A stretch of 62,078 nt of DNA from positions 20,736 through 82,813 of the forward strand of contig CAZVFS010000001.1 of the NCBI GenBank assembly GCA_964626575.1. The letters are read 5' to 3'. The notes beneath the pieces were generated by a model. The model had not been told where the DNA came from, ran no database searches, and was given only the letters and a program-made list of their open reading frames with translations. Positions 30,884 through 40,290 of the stretch are shown one piece after another (position 1 is the first letter of the stretch; every line of letters starts with the position of its first letter). Position numbers and translations under genes: made by a program. Source of the stretch: an uncultured Alkaliphilus sp. (GTDB taxonomy: Bacteria; Bacillota; Clostridia; Peptostreptococcales; Natronincolaceae).

Positions 30884-31582
30884 TTAGTCCAACGCCTTTT
30901 TTGCAGCGTTCTGTTCTGCTTCTTTTTTACTTTTGCCCCGTCCCCTGCCTAGTACTTTATCACCTAACACCACCTCAATCTCGAAGGTTTTATCATGATC
31001 AGGTCCCGTTTCGTTCACTACCCTATAACTGATTTTATCATCAAACTTGCTCTGTAATAATTCCTGAAGGTCTGTTTTATAATCTTTGAACAGATTACCC
31101 GTACTAGCTAATTTTATACTGTCCTCCAACATATTTAAAATAAACTTACGTGCCGTTTCGATTCCCCCGTCCAGGTATAGTGCTCCTATAACCGCTTCAA
31201 ATGTATCAGCCAATATAGAAATTCTGTCTCGTCCACCTGTTACCTCCTCTCCCTTACCCAATAGCAAATACTTACCTAAACCTATTGATTTTGCCTGATG
31301 AGCTAGAGATGACCCACATACAACATTAGCCCTTACCTTTGTCAATTCACCTTCAGGTAAACTATCATACTTTAGGTAAATATATTCGCTGATTACGGTG
31401 CTCAAAACCGAATCGCCCAAAAATTCCAGTCTCTCATTGTTACAGGTATATCTGCTCCGGTATTCATTGGAATATGAACTGTGGGTCAATGCTTCATTTA
31501 TGATACCCATCTTCCTGAATTGATACTTTATTATATCTTGAAATTCCTTAAGTTGTTCCAGACGCTTTTTATCTAATTTCAT
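30884..31582 (-). CDS. rnc: ribonuclease III
   Basis: RNase III signature ERLEFLGDSVL plus a C-terminal dsRBD (GPDHDKTFEIEVVLGDKVLGRGRGKSKKEAEQNAAKKAL). Confidence 0.95.
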   Translation of the reverse strand: MKLDKKRLEQLKEFQDIIKYQFRKMGIINEALTHSSYSNEYRSRYTCNNERLEFLGDSVLSTVISEYIYLKYDSLPEGELTKVRANVVCGSSLAHQAKSIGLGKYLLLGKGEEVTGGRDRISILADTFEAVIGALYLDGGIETARKFILNMLEDSIKLASTGNLFKDYKTDLQELLQSKFDDKISYRVVNETGPDHDKTFEIEVVLGDKVLGRGRGKSKKEAEQNAAKKALD

Positions 31583-31770
31583 TCTATCTTACCTCCACAA
31601 CCTTTCATAATAGCCATAGTACAATCTTATTATATTTATTTTATTTAACTCATAATGAATAAAAAAACCCCAACGTTCGGTAAAAAATGCAGACCATTGT
31701 TCAGTGAAACAAATGATACAAAGAACTAAGTCAGGTCTTCCTTATTGTACTATTATACCATTTTAATTGC

Positions 31771-31804
31771 AAAAAATTATAGGAAGGGGACCCCCTTCCT
31801 ATAA
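31771..31804 (-). terminator. rho-independent terminator of the fab operon
   Basis: TTATAGGAAGGGG (31777-31789) pairs perfectly with CCCCTTCCTATAA (31792-31804). TTTTTT follows on the minus strand (31771-31776). Confidence 0.8.
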
Positions 31805-31823
31805 CGAACGTTATTATAGATGG

Positions 31824-33062
31824 CTATTCATATTTTTTAAAAACAACAGCCGCATTATGACCGCCAAAACCCAAGGAATTAGAAAGAGCATACTCAACAT
31901 TTGCCTTCTTGGCTACATTTGGGACATAATTTAAATCACATTTTGGGTCCGGTGTTTCATAATTGACTGTGGGTGGTATAATTCCATTCGCAATAGCCAT
32001 AACGCATGCAATGGCTTCTATACCTCCCGCAGCACCCAAAAGATGGGAGGTCATTGATTTTGTCGAACTTACATCTAGTTTATATGCATGTTCCTTAAAA
32101 ACTTTCTTAATTGCCTCGGTTTCAAACTCATCATTATATATTGTGCTCGAACCATGTGCATTTATATAATCTATAGTATCGTAATTTATACCGGCATCCT
32201 TCAATGCACATTCCATGGCTCTAGCCGATCCTTCTCCTCCCGGGGCAGGAGTAGTAATATGATACGCATCGGAACTTCTTCCATAGCCTATAAGTTCCCC
32301 ATGGATAATGGCACCTCTTTTTAAAGCATGCTCTAACTCTTCTATTAAAAGCATTCCGGCACCCTCACCCATTACAAACCCGTCCCTATTTTTATCAAAA
32401 GGCCTGCTGGCTTTCTGAGGATTGTCATTGTTAGTTGACAAAGCCTTCATAGAACAAAAACCTGCTACAGACAGCGGTGTAATAGAAGCCTCGGTACCCC
32501 CTGTAATCACAACGTCCGCATCTCCATACTGAATTACACGAAAGGCTTCTCCAATGGCATTTGTGGAAGATGCACATGCAGTGACGATTAATATGTTAGG
32601 ACCTTTTGCCCCTAATGCAATGGATACCTGACCGGATGCAATATTAGGTATCATCATAGGAATAAAAAATGGGCTGACCCTCTTTGGTCCTCTTTCCATA
32701 AGTTTTTTAGCTTGATCTTCCAGTGTATCCATACCGCCCATACCGGCACCTAAAATGACACCGAAACGTTCTGCATCTATTTCCTTTATATTTAGTCTCG
32801 CATCTTCTGCCGCCATCATTGAGGCAGCAACCGCAAACTGAGTAAACCTATCCATCTTTTTAGTTTCCCTTTTTTCAATATAATTTTCAGCATTAAAATC
32901 TCTTACCTCAGCAGCAATTTTGACGCTGAAATCCTCAGTGCCAAATTTTGTAATATAATCAATGCCGGATATACCATTTATTAGTGAATTCCAAAATCTA
33001 TCTTTACCGATACCTATCGGAGTAACACATCCCATTCCTGTTACTACTACCCTTTTTTTCAT
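31824..33062 (-). CDS. fabF: 3-oxoacyl-ACP synthase II
   Basis: KRVVVTGMG start, active-site Cys context ([14 protein letters not shown]), HGSST and GFGGHN motifs. Start at 33062 has a GGTAGGTGA SD. Confidence 0.95.
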   Translation of the reverse strand: MKKRVVVTGMGCVTPIGIGKDRFWNSLINGISGIDYITKFGTEDFSVKIAAEVRDFNAENYIEKRETKKMDRFTQFAVAASMMAAEDARLNIKEIDAERFGVILGAGMGGMDTLEDQAKKLMERGPKRVSPFFIPMMIPNIASGQVSIALGAKGPNILIVTACASSTNAIGEAFRVIQYGDADVVITGGTEASITPLSVAGFCSMKALSTNNDNPQKASRPFDKNRDGFVMGEGAGMLLIEELEHALKRGAIIHGELIGYGRSSDAYHITTPAPGGEGSARAMECALKDAGINYDTIDYINAHGSSTIYNDEFETEAIKKVFKEHAYKLDVSSTKSMTSHLLGAAGGIEAIACVMAIANGIIPPTVNYETPDPKCDLNYVPNVAKKANVEYALSNSLGFGGHNAAVVFKKYE

Positions 33063-33113
33063 AATTTCACCTACCATATTATGAGATCCCGATTAAATCG
33101 GGATCCCATATAA

Positions 33114-33344
33114 CTATTTATTGGCATCTATGTAATTAACTATATCGCCAACGTTTTTAAAGCCCTCAGCATCTTCGTCGGGAATTTCAATGCCGAATTC
33201 ATCCTCAATGCTCATAATTATCTCGACAGCATCCAGGGAATCCGCTTCCAGATCGTCCATCAACGAGGTGGTTCCAGTAATTTTATCGGCATTCTCAACC
33301 CCTAATTGTTCAGCAATAATTTCAACAACCTTTTCAAACGTCAT
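33114..33344 (-). CDS. acpP: acyl carrier protein
   Basis: 76 aa with the [13 protein letters not shown] phosphopantetheine attachment motif (DSL). Confidence 0.95.
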   Translation of the reverse strand: MTFEKVVEIIAEQLGVENADKITGTTSLMDDLEADSLDAVEIIMSIEDEFGIEIPDEDAEGFKNVGDIVNYIDANK

Positions 33345-33388
33345 ATCAACTTCCTCCTTAACTTTTTATATTAATATTTTAAAGCAAT

Positions 33389-34132
33389 TTACATTGCCAT
33401 ACCGCCGTCAACATGAATTACCTGACCGGTAATATAAGCAGCTTTATCGCTACTTAAAAATATCACCAAATTTGCGATATCTTCGGGTTTACCATATTTT
33501 TTCATAGGGATAGTTTCTATCATGTCTCTTTTAACATCTTCCGGCAAAATTCTTGTCATATCGGTTTCTATAAATCCCGGAGCAATTGCATTGACTGTGA
33601 TGTTTCTACTTGCTACTTCCCTTGCAAGAGATTTTGTAAATCCTATAATACCGGCTTTTGATGCGGAATAATTTACCTGACCCGGATTTCCGACAACACC
33701 CACTACCGATGATATATTTATAACCCTTCCATACTTCTGTTTGACCATTTTTCTGATAACGGCCTTTGTGCATAAAAATACGCCTTTTAAATTGACCTCT
33801 ATCACTTTATCCCAGTCTTTCTCCTTCATTCCTATAAAAAGGCCATCCTTTGTAATTCCTGCATTGTTTATTAAAATATCTATTCCGCCAAAATTTTCTT
33901 TAATTTTATCAGCCATCTCGTCTACTTCTTCAGCTTTCGAAACGTTTGCCTTAACCGCTAGCCCCTTAACGCCGAAACCTTCGATTTCTTTTATAACTCC
34001 CCCTGCACTTTCTTCGTCGTTTGTATAATTTATAACAACATTTGCACCCTCTTTAGCAAATAACAAAGCGATAGACCTACCTATACCCCTAGAACCTCCT
34101 GTTACCAAAACAGTTTTTCCTGTTAAACCCAA
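33389..34132 (-). CDS. fabG: 3-oxoacyl-ACP reductase
   Basis: SDR with TGGSRGIGRSIA, NNAGI, and YSASKAG catalytic YxxxK. Confidence 0.9.
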   Translation of the reverse strand: MGLTGKTVLVTGGSRGIGRSIALLFAKEGANVVINYTNDEESAGGVIKEIEGFGVKGLAVKANVSKAEEVDEMADKIKENFGGIDILINNAGITKDGLFIGMKEKDWDKVIEVNLKGVFLCTKAVIRKMVKQKYGRVINISSVVGVVGNPGQVNYSASKAGIIGFTKSLAREVASRNITVNAIAPGFIETDMTRILPEDVKRDMIETIPMKKYGKPEDIANLVIFLSSDKAAYITGQVIHVDGGMAM

Positions 34133-34134
34133 AT

Positions 34135-35085
34135 CTACACCCCCGACTCCACATTTAATAATTGTTTGAAGCTATCTATATTTTCTATGTTATAAATGTT
34201 TACTTCAACCTTCTTGGTCCCGGCTGTTCTTTTTACAAGGGACGATAAAACTTTACCGGGTCCAACTTCTATAAACGTCCTGACTCCTTTATCTATCATC
34301 AATAAAACAGAATCCTCCCACAGTATAGATTTGCTCATTTGATTAACCAAGGAAGGTGTAACTTCCGACTTGGACGACAAAATTTCAGCATTTACATTGG
34401 TTACAACCGGTATTTCAGGTTCATTTATGTTTAACTGCTCCAAATCCCTTCTGAGTTTTTCACCGGCACCCTTAAGTAAACTGCAATGGAAAGGAGCACT
34501 CACCGACAATAAAACAGCTTTTTTTGCACCGATCTCTTTCGCTATTTTTACAGTTGATTCTACCGCCTTTATTTCGCCTGAAACAACTATTTGTCCGGGG
34601 CAATTATAATTAGCCGCTTCTACTATTCCATATTGTCTGGAATTTTCGATACATAATTTAACCTTTTCCCTATCTAATCCCAAAATAGCAGCCATAGTCC
34701 CCACACCGATTGGCACCTCATTTTGCATATACCTACCCCTCTTCTGCACCAACTTGACCGCATCTTTAAACAAGAATACATTTGATTTAACTAAGGAAGC
34801 ATATTCACCGAGGCTTAATCCTGCGGTTATGTCACAAGTAATTCCTTCTTCCTCCAACACCCTCAATATGGCGATAGAGGTAGTTAATATGGCCGGTTGG
34901 GTATTTTCTGTTTTTATCAGTTCATTATCCGGGTCATCAAAACAGAGTTTTTCCATGTCCATGTCAGTTTCATAACTTGCCTCCTCAAATACGGTCCTTG
35001 CAATCGAAAAATTATCAAAAAAATCCTTTCCCATCCCCACATATTGGGCCCCTTGGCCCGGAAAAATAAAAGCAACCCTATTCAT
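34135..35085 (-). CDS. fabD: malonyl-CoA:ACP transacylase
   Basis: FIFPGQGAQYVGMG and GLSLGEYASL (GxSxG active site). Confidence 0.9.
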   Translation of the reverse strand: MNRVAFIFPGQGAQYVGMGKDFFDNFSIARTVFEEASYETDMDMEKLCFDDPDNELIKTENTQPAILTTSIAILRVLEEEGITCDITAGLSLGEYASLVKSNVFLFKDAVKLVQKRGRYMQNEVPIGVGTMAAILGLDREKVKLCIENSRQYGIVEAANYNCPGQIVVSGEIKAVESTVKIAKEIGAKKAVLLSVSAPFHCSLLKGAGEKLRRDLEQLNINEPEIPVVTNVNAEILSSKSEVTPSLVNQMSKSILWEDSVLLMIDKGVRTFIEVGPGKVLSSLVKRTAGTKKVEVNIYNIENIDSFKQLLNVESGV

Positions 35086-35088
35086 CTG

Positions 35089-36039
35089 TTATACCCCCAT
35101 GTAAAACTTACCTACTAAATCAAGTTGGCTTTTAGCATCTGATATGATTTCTTCTATTATTTCTCTACAAGATTGAATTCTATCGATCATACCTGAAACC
35201 TGACCGGCCATTACAGAGCCATTTTCAACATCGCCATCTATTGCAGCCAATTCAAGTTTTCCCTGTCCCAACCGTTCAATTTCCTCCGCCGTAGCCCCCT
35301 CTTTTTCTAATTTTAAAAATTGTCTTGCTAATTTATTCTTTAACATCCTTGCCGGATGCCCGGTAACCCTTGCCGTGACCACCGCATCCCTGTCTTTTGC
35401 CTCTAAAATCATATTTTTATAGTTTCTATGTACGGTACACTCTTTTGCACAAACAAACCTTGTTCCTATCTGTACACCTTCGGCACCTAAAGACAAAGCC
35501 GCCAACAAACCCCTTCCATCGGCAATTCCCCCGGCTGCAATAACAGGAATGTTAACTGCATCCACTACCTGAGGCACCAACGCCATTGTAGTAAGTTCAC
35601 CTATATGTCCCCCTGCCTCCGTTCCCTCCACAACAACAGCATCCACCCCCAGACCTTCCATTCTTTTTGCAAGCGCAACAGAAGGCACAACAGGAATTAC
35701 CTTAGTGCCGACATCTTTAAATCCTTTAACAAATTTGGCGGGATTCCCCGCACCTGTAGTGACCACAGGTATTTTATGCCTGCAAATAATTTCTACTACC
35801 TCATCCACAAAAGAAGACAACATCATAATATTCACACCAAACGGTCTGTCGGTAAGCCCTTTAGCCTTTAAAATTTCCTTTTCCACGATTCTAGCAGGAG
35901 CATTACCTGCACCGATTATTCCTATTCCGCCTGCTTCAGATACGGCTGCCGCCAACTCTGCTGTGGCTATCCAAGCCATACCTCCTTGTATTATAGGGTA
36001 TTTGATACCCAACATTTCACATATCCTAGTGTCAACCAT
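35089..36039 (-). CDS. fabK: enoyl-ACP reductase II (FMN-dependent, nitronate monooxygenase fold)
   Basis: LGIKYPIIQGGMAWIA...AAGGIADGRG. Located inside the fab operon. Confidence 0.85.
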   Translation of the reverse strand: MVDTRICEMLGIKYPIIQGGMAWIATAELAAAVSEAGGIGIIGAGNAPARIVEKEILKAKGLTDRPFGVNIMMLSSFVDEVVEIICRHKIPVVTTGAGNPAKFVKGFKDVGTKVIPVVPSVALAKRMEGLGVDAVVVEGTEAGGHIGELTTMALVPQVVDAVNIPVIAAGGIADGRGLLAALSLGAEGVQIGTRFVCAKECTVHRNYKNMILEAKDRDAVVTARVTGHPARMLKNKLARQFLKLEKEGATAEEIERLGQGKLELAAIDGDVENGSVMAGQVSGMIDRIQSCREIIEEIISDAKSQLDLVGKFYMGV

Positions 36040-36057
36040 AAAATTACCCCCTAAAAA

Positions 36058-37059
36058 CTATTTACACCATTTGATTACGGAGGAACCCCAGGTTAAGCCA
36101 CCGCCAAATGCAACCAGTATTATTACATCCCCCGTTTTGACGTTGCCCTTTTTAACAGCTTCATCCAGTGCCACCGGAATAGAAGCCACGGACATATTTC
36201 CATAGTCATTCAAATTTACGTATACCTTATCCATAGTTAAATTAATTTTTTTTGCAACGGCCTCTATAATTCTTATATTAGCCTGATGGGGAATCATATA
36301 GTCTATATCTTCTATATTATAACCCACATCCTTTATGATTTTCAAAGCCGATTTTGACATAATTCTTACAGCAAATTTAAATACTTCTCTCCCGTCCATA
36401 TGTATATAATGCAAATTATTTAAAACGGTTTCTATTGATGCCGGCATTCTAGAACCGCCCGCCGGTTGTGTCAGATAATCGCCCCTGGTACCGTCAGAAC
36501 CTATGTTATTGGAAAGTATGCCAAAACCTTTTTCAACCTGTTGCAGTACCGCTGCCCCGGCCCCGTCACCAAACAAAACACAAGTTCTTCGGTCTTCCCA
36601 ATTGGTTATTTTGCTCAAGGTTTCAGCACCGATTATTAATGCATTTTTATACATACCCGTCCTGATAAATTGTTCTCCAATAGCCAAGCCATATAAAAAT
36701 CCCGAACATGCCGCTTCTATATCAAATGCCACCGCATTTTTAGCACCGATGTTTTTCTGCACAATACAAGCGGTGGACGGGAACGCCATATCGGGTGTTA
36801 CGGTGGCCACTACGATCAAATCAATATCTTCTAATAGCAAGCCTGCATCATTAACAGCGATTTTAGCAGCCTCGGTAGCCAGATCTGATGTTGCAGTTTT
36901 ATCATCTGCAATTCTCCTTCTTGATATTCCGGTTCTAGTCCTGATCCATTCATCAGTTGTATCTACCATTTTCTCTAAATCAAAGTTAGTCAATTTCCTT
37001 TCGGGGAGACAACTTCCCGTACCTGTAATTCCTACCGATAAAAATTTGTTCAATAACAT
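36058..37059 (-). CDS. fabH: 3-oxoacyl-ACP synthase III
   Basis: AACSGFLYGL active-site Cys, HQANIRI, and GNMSVASIP motifs. Confidence 0.9.
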   Translation of the reverse strand: MLLNKFLSVGITGTGSCLPERKLTNFDLEKMVDTTDEWIRTRTGISRRRIADDKTATSDLATEAAKIAVNDAGLLLEDIDLIVVATVTPDMAFPSTACIVQKNIGAKNAVAFDIEAACSGFLYGLAIGEQFIRTGMYKNALIIGAETLSKITNWEDRRTCVLFGDGAGAAVLQQVEKGFGILSNNIGSDGTRGDYLTQPAGGSRMPASIETVLNNLHYIHMDGREVFKFAVRIMSKSALKIIKDVGYNIEDIDYMIPHQANIRIIEAVAKKINLTMDKVYVNLNDYGNMSVASIPVALDEAVKKGNVKTGDVIILVAFGGGLTWGSSVIKWCK

Positions 37060-37065
37060 CCTCCC

Positions 37066-38052
37066 CTAAACTAATAATTTTTTAGTTATATCGTCTATTA
37101 CGTCATTTTCTATGAATTTAATTCCCTGTCTTATCGCATTTTTTATAGCTTTTTCATCAGAACTTCCATGTGCCTTAATTAATACCTCTTTTACACCTAA
37201 AAACGGAGCACCACCGTATTCCGTGTAATCAAATTGTTTTTTGAAATCCTTCAATCCGGATTTTAATAATAATGCCCCCATTTTTCTAAAGGTGTTTTTC
37301 ACAAATTCTTCTTTTAGTAATTTAAAAATAGAACCCGCCAAACCCTCTGTGAGTTTTAAAATGACATTACCCGTAAAACCATCGCATACTATAACGTCGG
37401 CATATCCACCGGGTATGTCTCTGGCTTCTATGTTCCCCTTAAAGTTAAACGGGCCGGTTTTGCACAGCTTATATGCCTCTTTTACAATTTCACTTCCTTT
37501 TTCTTCTTCTATACCTATATTAACAATACACACACGCGGTTTTTTTATCTCGAGCACTTTTTCAGCATAAACACTGCCCATAATTCCAAATTCAAGAAAA
37601 TTTCTTGGTTTGCAATCCGAATTGGCACCACCGTCAATGAGCACCGACATTCCTTCGGTAGTCGGATATGGGGGTGCAAGTGCAGGTCTGTCTATCCCTT
37701 TAATCCTCCCCAAAATTAAAAGGCCCCCTGCCAACAAGGCTCCCGTGTTGCCTGCAGATATAACAGCATCAGCCTTTTTTTCCTTAACAAGTCTCAGGGC
37801 TACTGCCATTGAGGAATCTTTTTTTTCCCTGATTGCCGCTACCGGCCTGTCATCATTGGTAATTTCTTCACTGCAATGAACTATTTCGATTTTTTCTTTT
37901 ATATAGTCATGTCTTGCCAATTGATTTTCTATTATCGGCTTGTTGCCGGTAAGTATAATATCTATATTATAACTTTTAATTGCTTCTATGGCTCCTTTAA
38001 CGGTAGCAAACGGGGCATTATCTCCTCCCATTGCGTCAATAACAATTTTCAT
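37066..38052 (-). CDS. plsX: phosphate acyltransferase PlsX
   Basis: [14 protein letters not shown] start and HGSS motif. Start at 38052 has a GGAGG SD. Confidence 0.9.
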   Translation of the reverse strand: MKIVIDAMGGDNAPFATVKGAIEAIKSYNIDIILTGNKPIIENQLARHDYIKEKIEIVHCSEEITNDDRPVAAIREKKDSSMAVALRLVKEKKADAVISAGNTGALLAGGLLILGRIKGIDRPALAPPYPTTEGMSVLIDGGANSDCKPRNFLEFGIMGSVYAEKVLEIKKPRVCIVNIGIEEEKGSEIVKEAYKLCKTGPFNFKGNIEARDIPGGYADVIVCDGFTGNVILKLTEGLAGSIFKLLKEEFVKNTFRKMGALLLKSGLKDFKKQFDYTEYGGAPFLGVKEVLIKAHGSSDEKAIKNAIRQGIKFIENDVIDDITKKLLV

Positions 38053-38063
38053 ATTTTGCCTCC

Positions 38064-38642
38064 TCATTTACTTTTAATTATTACCAATATAAATTTGCCC
38101 CTGAATACCTGCACTTGATTAACATATATTTTAACATGAACAAAGTGGTTATTTCCCCTAACCCTTGTAACCTCCGCTTTTGCTACCAGCTTGTCACCCG
38201 CGCTTACCGGGCTCAAGTACTTAATATTAGACACCCCTGTTAATGCTACCTCAGCATCTGTTACAGCCATTGCCAGAGACTCGGCTTGTGAAAAAATATG
38301 ATGTCCCCTGACTATGTTCGTTTTGCTGAACGCCATCTCGGGTGTGGTTTCCAAAATTGATATTCCGCTAACACCTAAGTCCAGATCAACTAATTCCCCA
38401 ACAATCTCGGTTCCAATAATACTGCGTACTTTTTCATAGTTTTTTTCTGCTACATTTTTAATACGTTGTCTGAGCTCCGGAATTGCTAGCTCTAACCTGT
38501 CCAATCGAATGGTTTGTATGCTTACCTTAAAATGTTTGGATAGGTCTTCATCTGTCATAAATGGGTCTTCCCTCAATAATGTCAAAAGCCTTTTTTGTCT
38601 ATTTGCTTTGCTTAACTTTTCTGATTTGTTCATCTTTGTCAC
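38064..38642 (-). CDS. fapR: fatty acid/phospholipid biosynthesis repressor FapR
   Basis: N-terminal HTH ([35 protein letters not shown]) plus a C-terminal hot-dog thioesterase-like fold. First gene of the fapR-plsX-fab operon. Confidence 0.85.
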   Translation of the reverse strand: MTKMNKSEKLSKANRQKRLLTLLREDPFMTDEDLSKHFKVSIQTIRLDRLELAIPELRQRIKNVAEKNYEKVRSIIGTEIVGELVDLDLGVSGISILETTPEMAFSKTNIVRGHHIFSQAESLAMAVTDAEVALTGVSNIKYLSPVSAGDKLVAKAEVTRVRGNNHFVHVKIYVNQVQVFRGKFILVIIKSK

Positions 38643-38661
38643 CTCAGTATAGTACTTATGA

Positions 38662-38712
38662 TTAGTACCTGATTATAATATAAAGTATATAATTTTTTTA
38701 TAAAAAAATCAA
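38662..38712 (-). promoter_or_regulatory. fapR promoter (TTGATT-17-TATACT) with candidate FapR operator at the start site
   Basis: -35 at 38707-38712 and -10 at 38684-38689. The plus strand at 38662-38678 reads TTAGTACCTGATTATAA, resembling the B. subtilis FapR box as I recall it (TTAGTACC-N-...ACTAA). Confidence 0.4.
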
Positions 38713-38812
38713 GTAATATATTCCATATATTATAGCCGTTTTATAATGGTGTCGTATCGATTAACAATTTTAAGCTACGTTTTTTAACAAATATAATCTC
38801 GGGTTAATTATG

Positions 38813-38858
38813 TTGACAAAGTTATAGAGGGGCAATTGCCCCTCTATAACTTTGTCAA
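38813..38858. repeat. 46-nt perfect palindrome (23-bp arms); probable terminator or insulator between the 92-aa ORF and the fapR promoter
   Basis: TTGACAAAGTTATAGAGGGGCAA / TTGCCCCTCTATAACTTTGTCAA, with no mismatch. No U-tract follows directly in the minus orientation. Confidence 0.6.
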
Positions 38859-38869
38859 TATAACTAATT

Positions 38870-39148
38870 TTATTTTTTGCCCTTTGTCACCTTTTTCATA
38901 ACTTCTTCCATGTCCCCTGTCACTTCTTTTATGGTCTTTTCCATGATTTCTGCATCCTTTTCTATACAATCACTATATTCCTTAGTTTCTTCTTCAACCG
39001 GTTTTTCTTCATCAGCTACTTTACAAACTGCTCCCCCATCTAAATCGTCTTCTATTTCCAACCCTTCGGGTTCATCTGTGTTCTCACTTGTCTTTGGGTA
39101 ATAATCAACACGAATTGGTTTTTCTAAGTAAAACCTCATAAAATTCAT
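38870..39148 (-). CDS. hypothetical acidic 92-aa protein
   Basis: ORF only. Very acidic (E/D-rich) with a basic tail KKVTKGKK. I recognise no family. Confidence 0.4.
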   Translation of the reverse strand: MNFMRFYLEKPIRVDYYPKTSENTDEPEGLEIEDDLDGGAVCKVADEEKPVEEETKEYSDCIEKDAEIMEKTIKEVTGDMEEVMKKVTKGKK

Positions 39149-39393
39149 CCCCCTTTATAAACATTTAAATAACTAAATCCATTATTATATTATATGTTAA
39201 TCGGATTACATTGTTATCAAATCATTTTAACTATATATTGATATACCTTGGTTCGTTGCCAAACTATGCTGTAATTTTATGATATATTTGGTTCGTATTC
39301 CAAGGATTACCGCACCCAGTTTCTGGAATCATATTGAAAATTTAACTTCGTTACTATATCATAGTGACAAACTTAAAAAAGGGAGGAAATGTA

Positions 39394-40227
39394 ATGAAAT
39401 TCAAAAATTATGGGAAATTGATACTTCTTATAGTAATGGTGGCTTTGTTAGCTTTTGTTCCCATGCAACCCAGCGCCGTTACAAAGTACAATTTCACCTG
39501 CGACACGCAAAAAGTTAATTATTTAAACACTGTGGCAATAAGGTTCAATAATAACTGTTATACAATTGTAAAAAATCAGAATCAACCTAACAATAATTAT
39601 TATGCAATTGTAGGAAATCAAAACCAAACAACAAATAATTGTTATGTGGTATCAAGGGGTAATTATATAAGACTGACACCCCAGCTACAGCCGGCACCTC
39701 AACCTGTGCCCAAACCACAGCCGGTACCTCAACCTGTACCCAAACCACAACCGACACCCCAGCCACAGCCGACACCCCAACCTCAACCGGTACCGCGACC
39801 TGTGCCCAATCCTGACACCGATCATAACATAGATAATACTTCCGGCGGAGGACATTCGCTGACCTCGGAAGAAATTCAAATGGTTGATTATGTAAACAAA
39901 GCAAGGCAGGACGCAGGATTACAGCCGTTACAGGTAGATCCTGATTTGGCTTATATTGCTAGGCTCAAGTCCCGGGATATGTATGATAACAACTATTTTT
40001 CACATGATTCCCCGACATACGGGTCTCCATTTGACATGATGACCAAATTTGGAATTAAGTATAGCGGCGCAGCGGAAAACATAGCAAAGAACAGCAGTGT
40101 TGCTGCCGCCCATAATGCATTTATGAGATCCCAGGGACATAAAGATAATATCTTAAATCCTATATATACCCATATTGGTGTTGGTATCCATGGTGGATAT
40201 TATACCCAGATGTTTATTAGAAAATAA
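39394..40227 (+). CDS. secreted CAP/SCP (YkwD-like) domain protein with an N/Q-rich triple repeat and a proline-rich linker
   Basis: GGGAGG SD 7 nt upstream of ATG 39394. Signal peptide MKFKNYGKLILLIVMVALLAFVPMQPSA, PQPVPKPQP repeat linker, and a C-terminal SCP domain (VNKARQDAGLQPLQVDPDLAYIARLKSRDMYDNNYFSHDSPTYGSPFDMM...AENIA...AHNAFMRSQGHKDNILNP.YTHIGVG). Confidence 0.8.
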   Translation: MKFKNYGKLILLIVMVALLAFVPMQPSAVTKYNFTCDTQKVNYLNTVAIRFNNNCYTIVKNQNQPNNNYYAIVGNQNQTTNNCYVVSRGNYIRLTPQLQPAPQPVPKPQPVPQPVPKPQPTPQPQPTPQPQPVPRPVPNPDTDHNIDNTSGGGHSLTSEEIQMVDYVNKARQDAGLQPLQVDPDLAYIARLKSRDMYDNNYFSHDSPTYGSPFDMMTKFGIKYSGAAENIAKNSSVAAAHNAFMRSQGHKDNILNPIYTHIGVGIHGGYYTQMFIRK

Positions 40228-40241
40228 TACATATGTTTTTG

Positions 40242-40270
40242 ATAAAAGCTACCATGATGGTAGCTTTTAT
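40242..40270. terminator. bidirectional terminator between convergent genes
   Basis: ATAAAAGCTACCA-TGA-TGGTAGCTTTTAT forms a 13-bp perfect stem with T-rich flanks on both strands. Confidence 0.7.
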
Positions 40271-40290
40271 CATCCTTTTTATAAAACTGA

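Noticed and set aside
31583-31770. Possible attenuator or RNase III autoregulatory stem in the rnc leader (AGACC...GGUCU followed by U6, and CCGAACGUUGGGG followed by U7)
   Set aside because: The stems are only 4-5 bp with large or absent loops, so I could not build a convincing long dsRNA target or terminator by hand. I leave it as unannotated leader.
39587-39904. 105-aa and 64-aa minus-strand ORFs antisense to the proline-rich linker
   Set aside because: They are artefacts of the repetitive CCA/CAG/CCG linker DNA, which lacks stops in several frames. The plus-strand gene has an SD, a signal peptide and a CAP domain.
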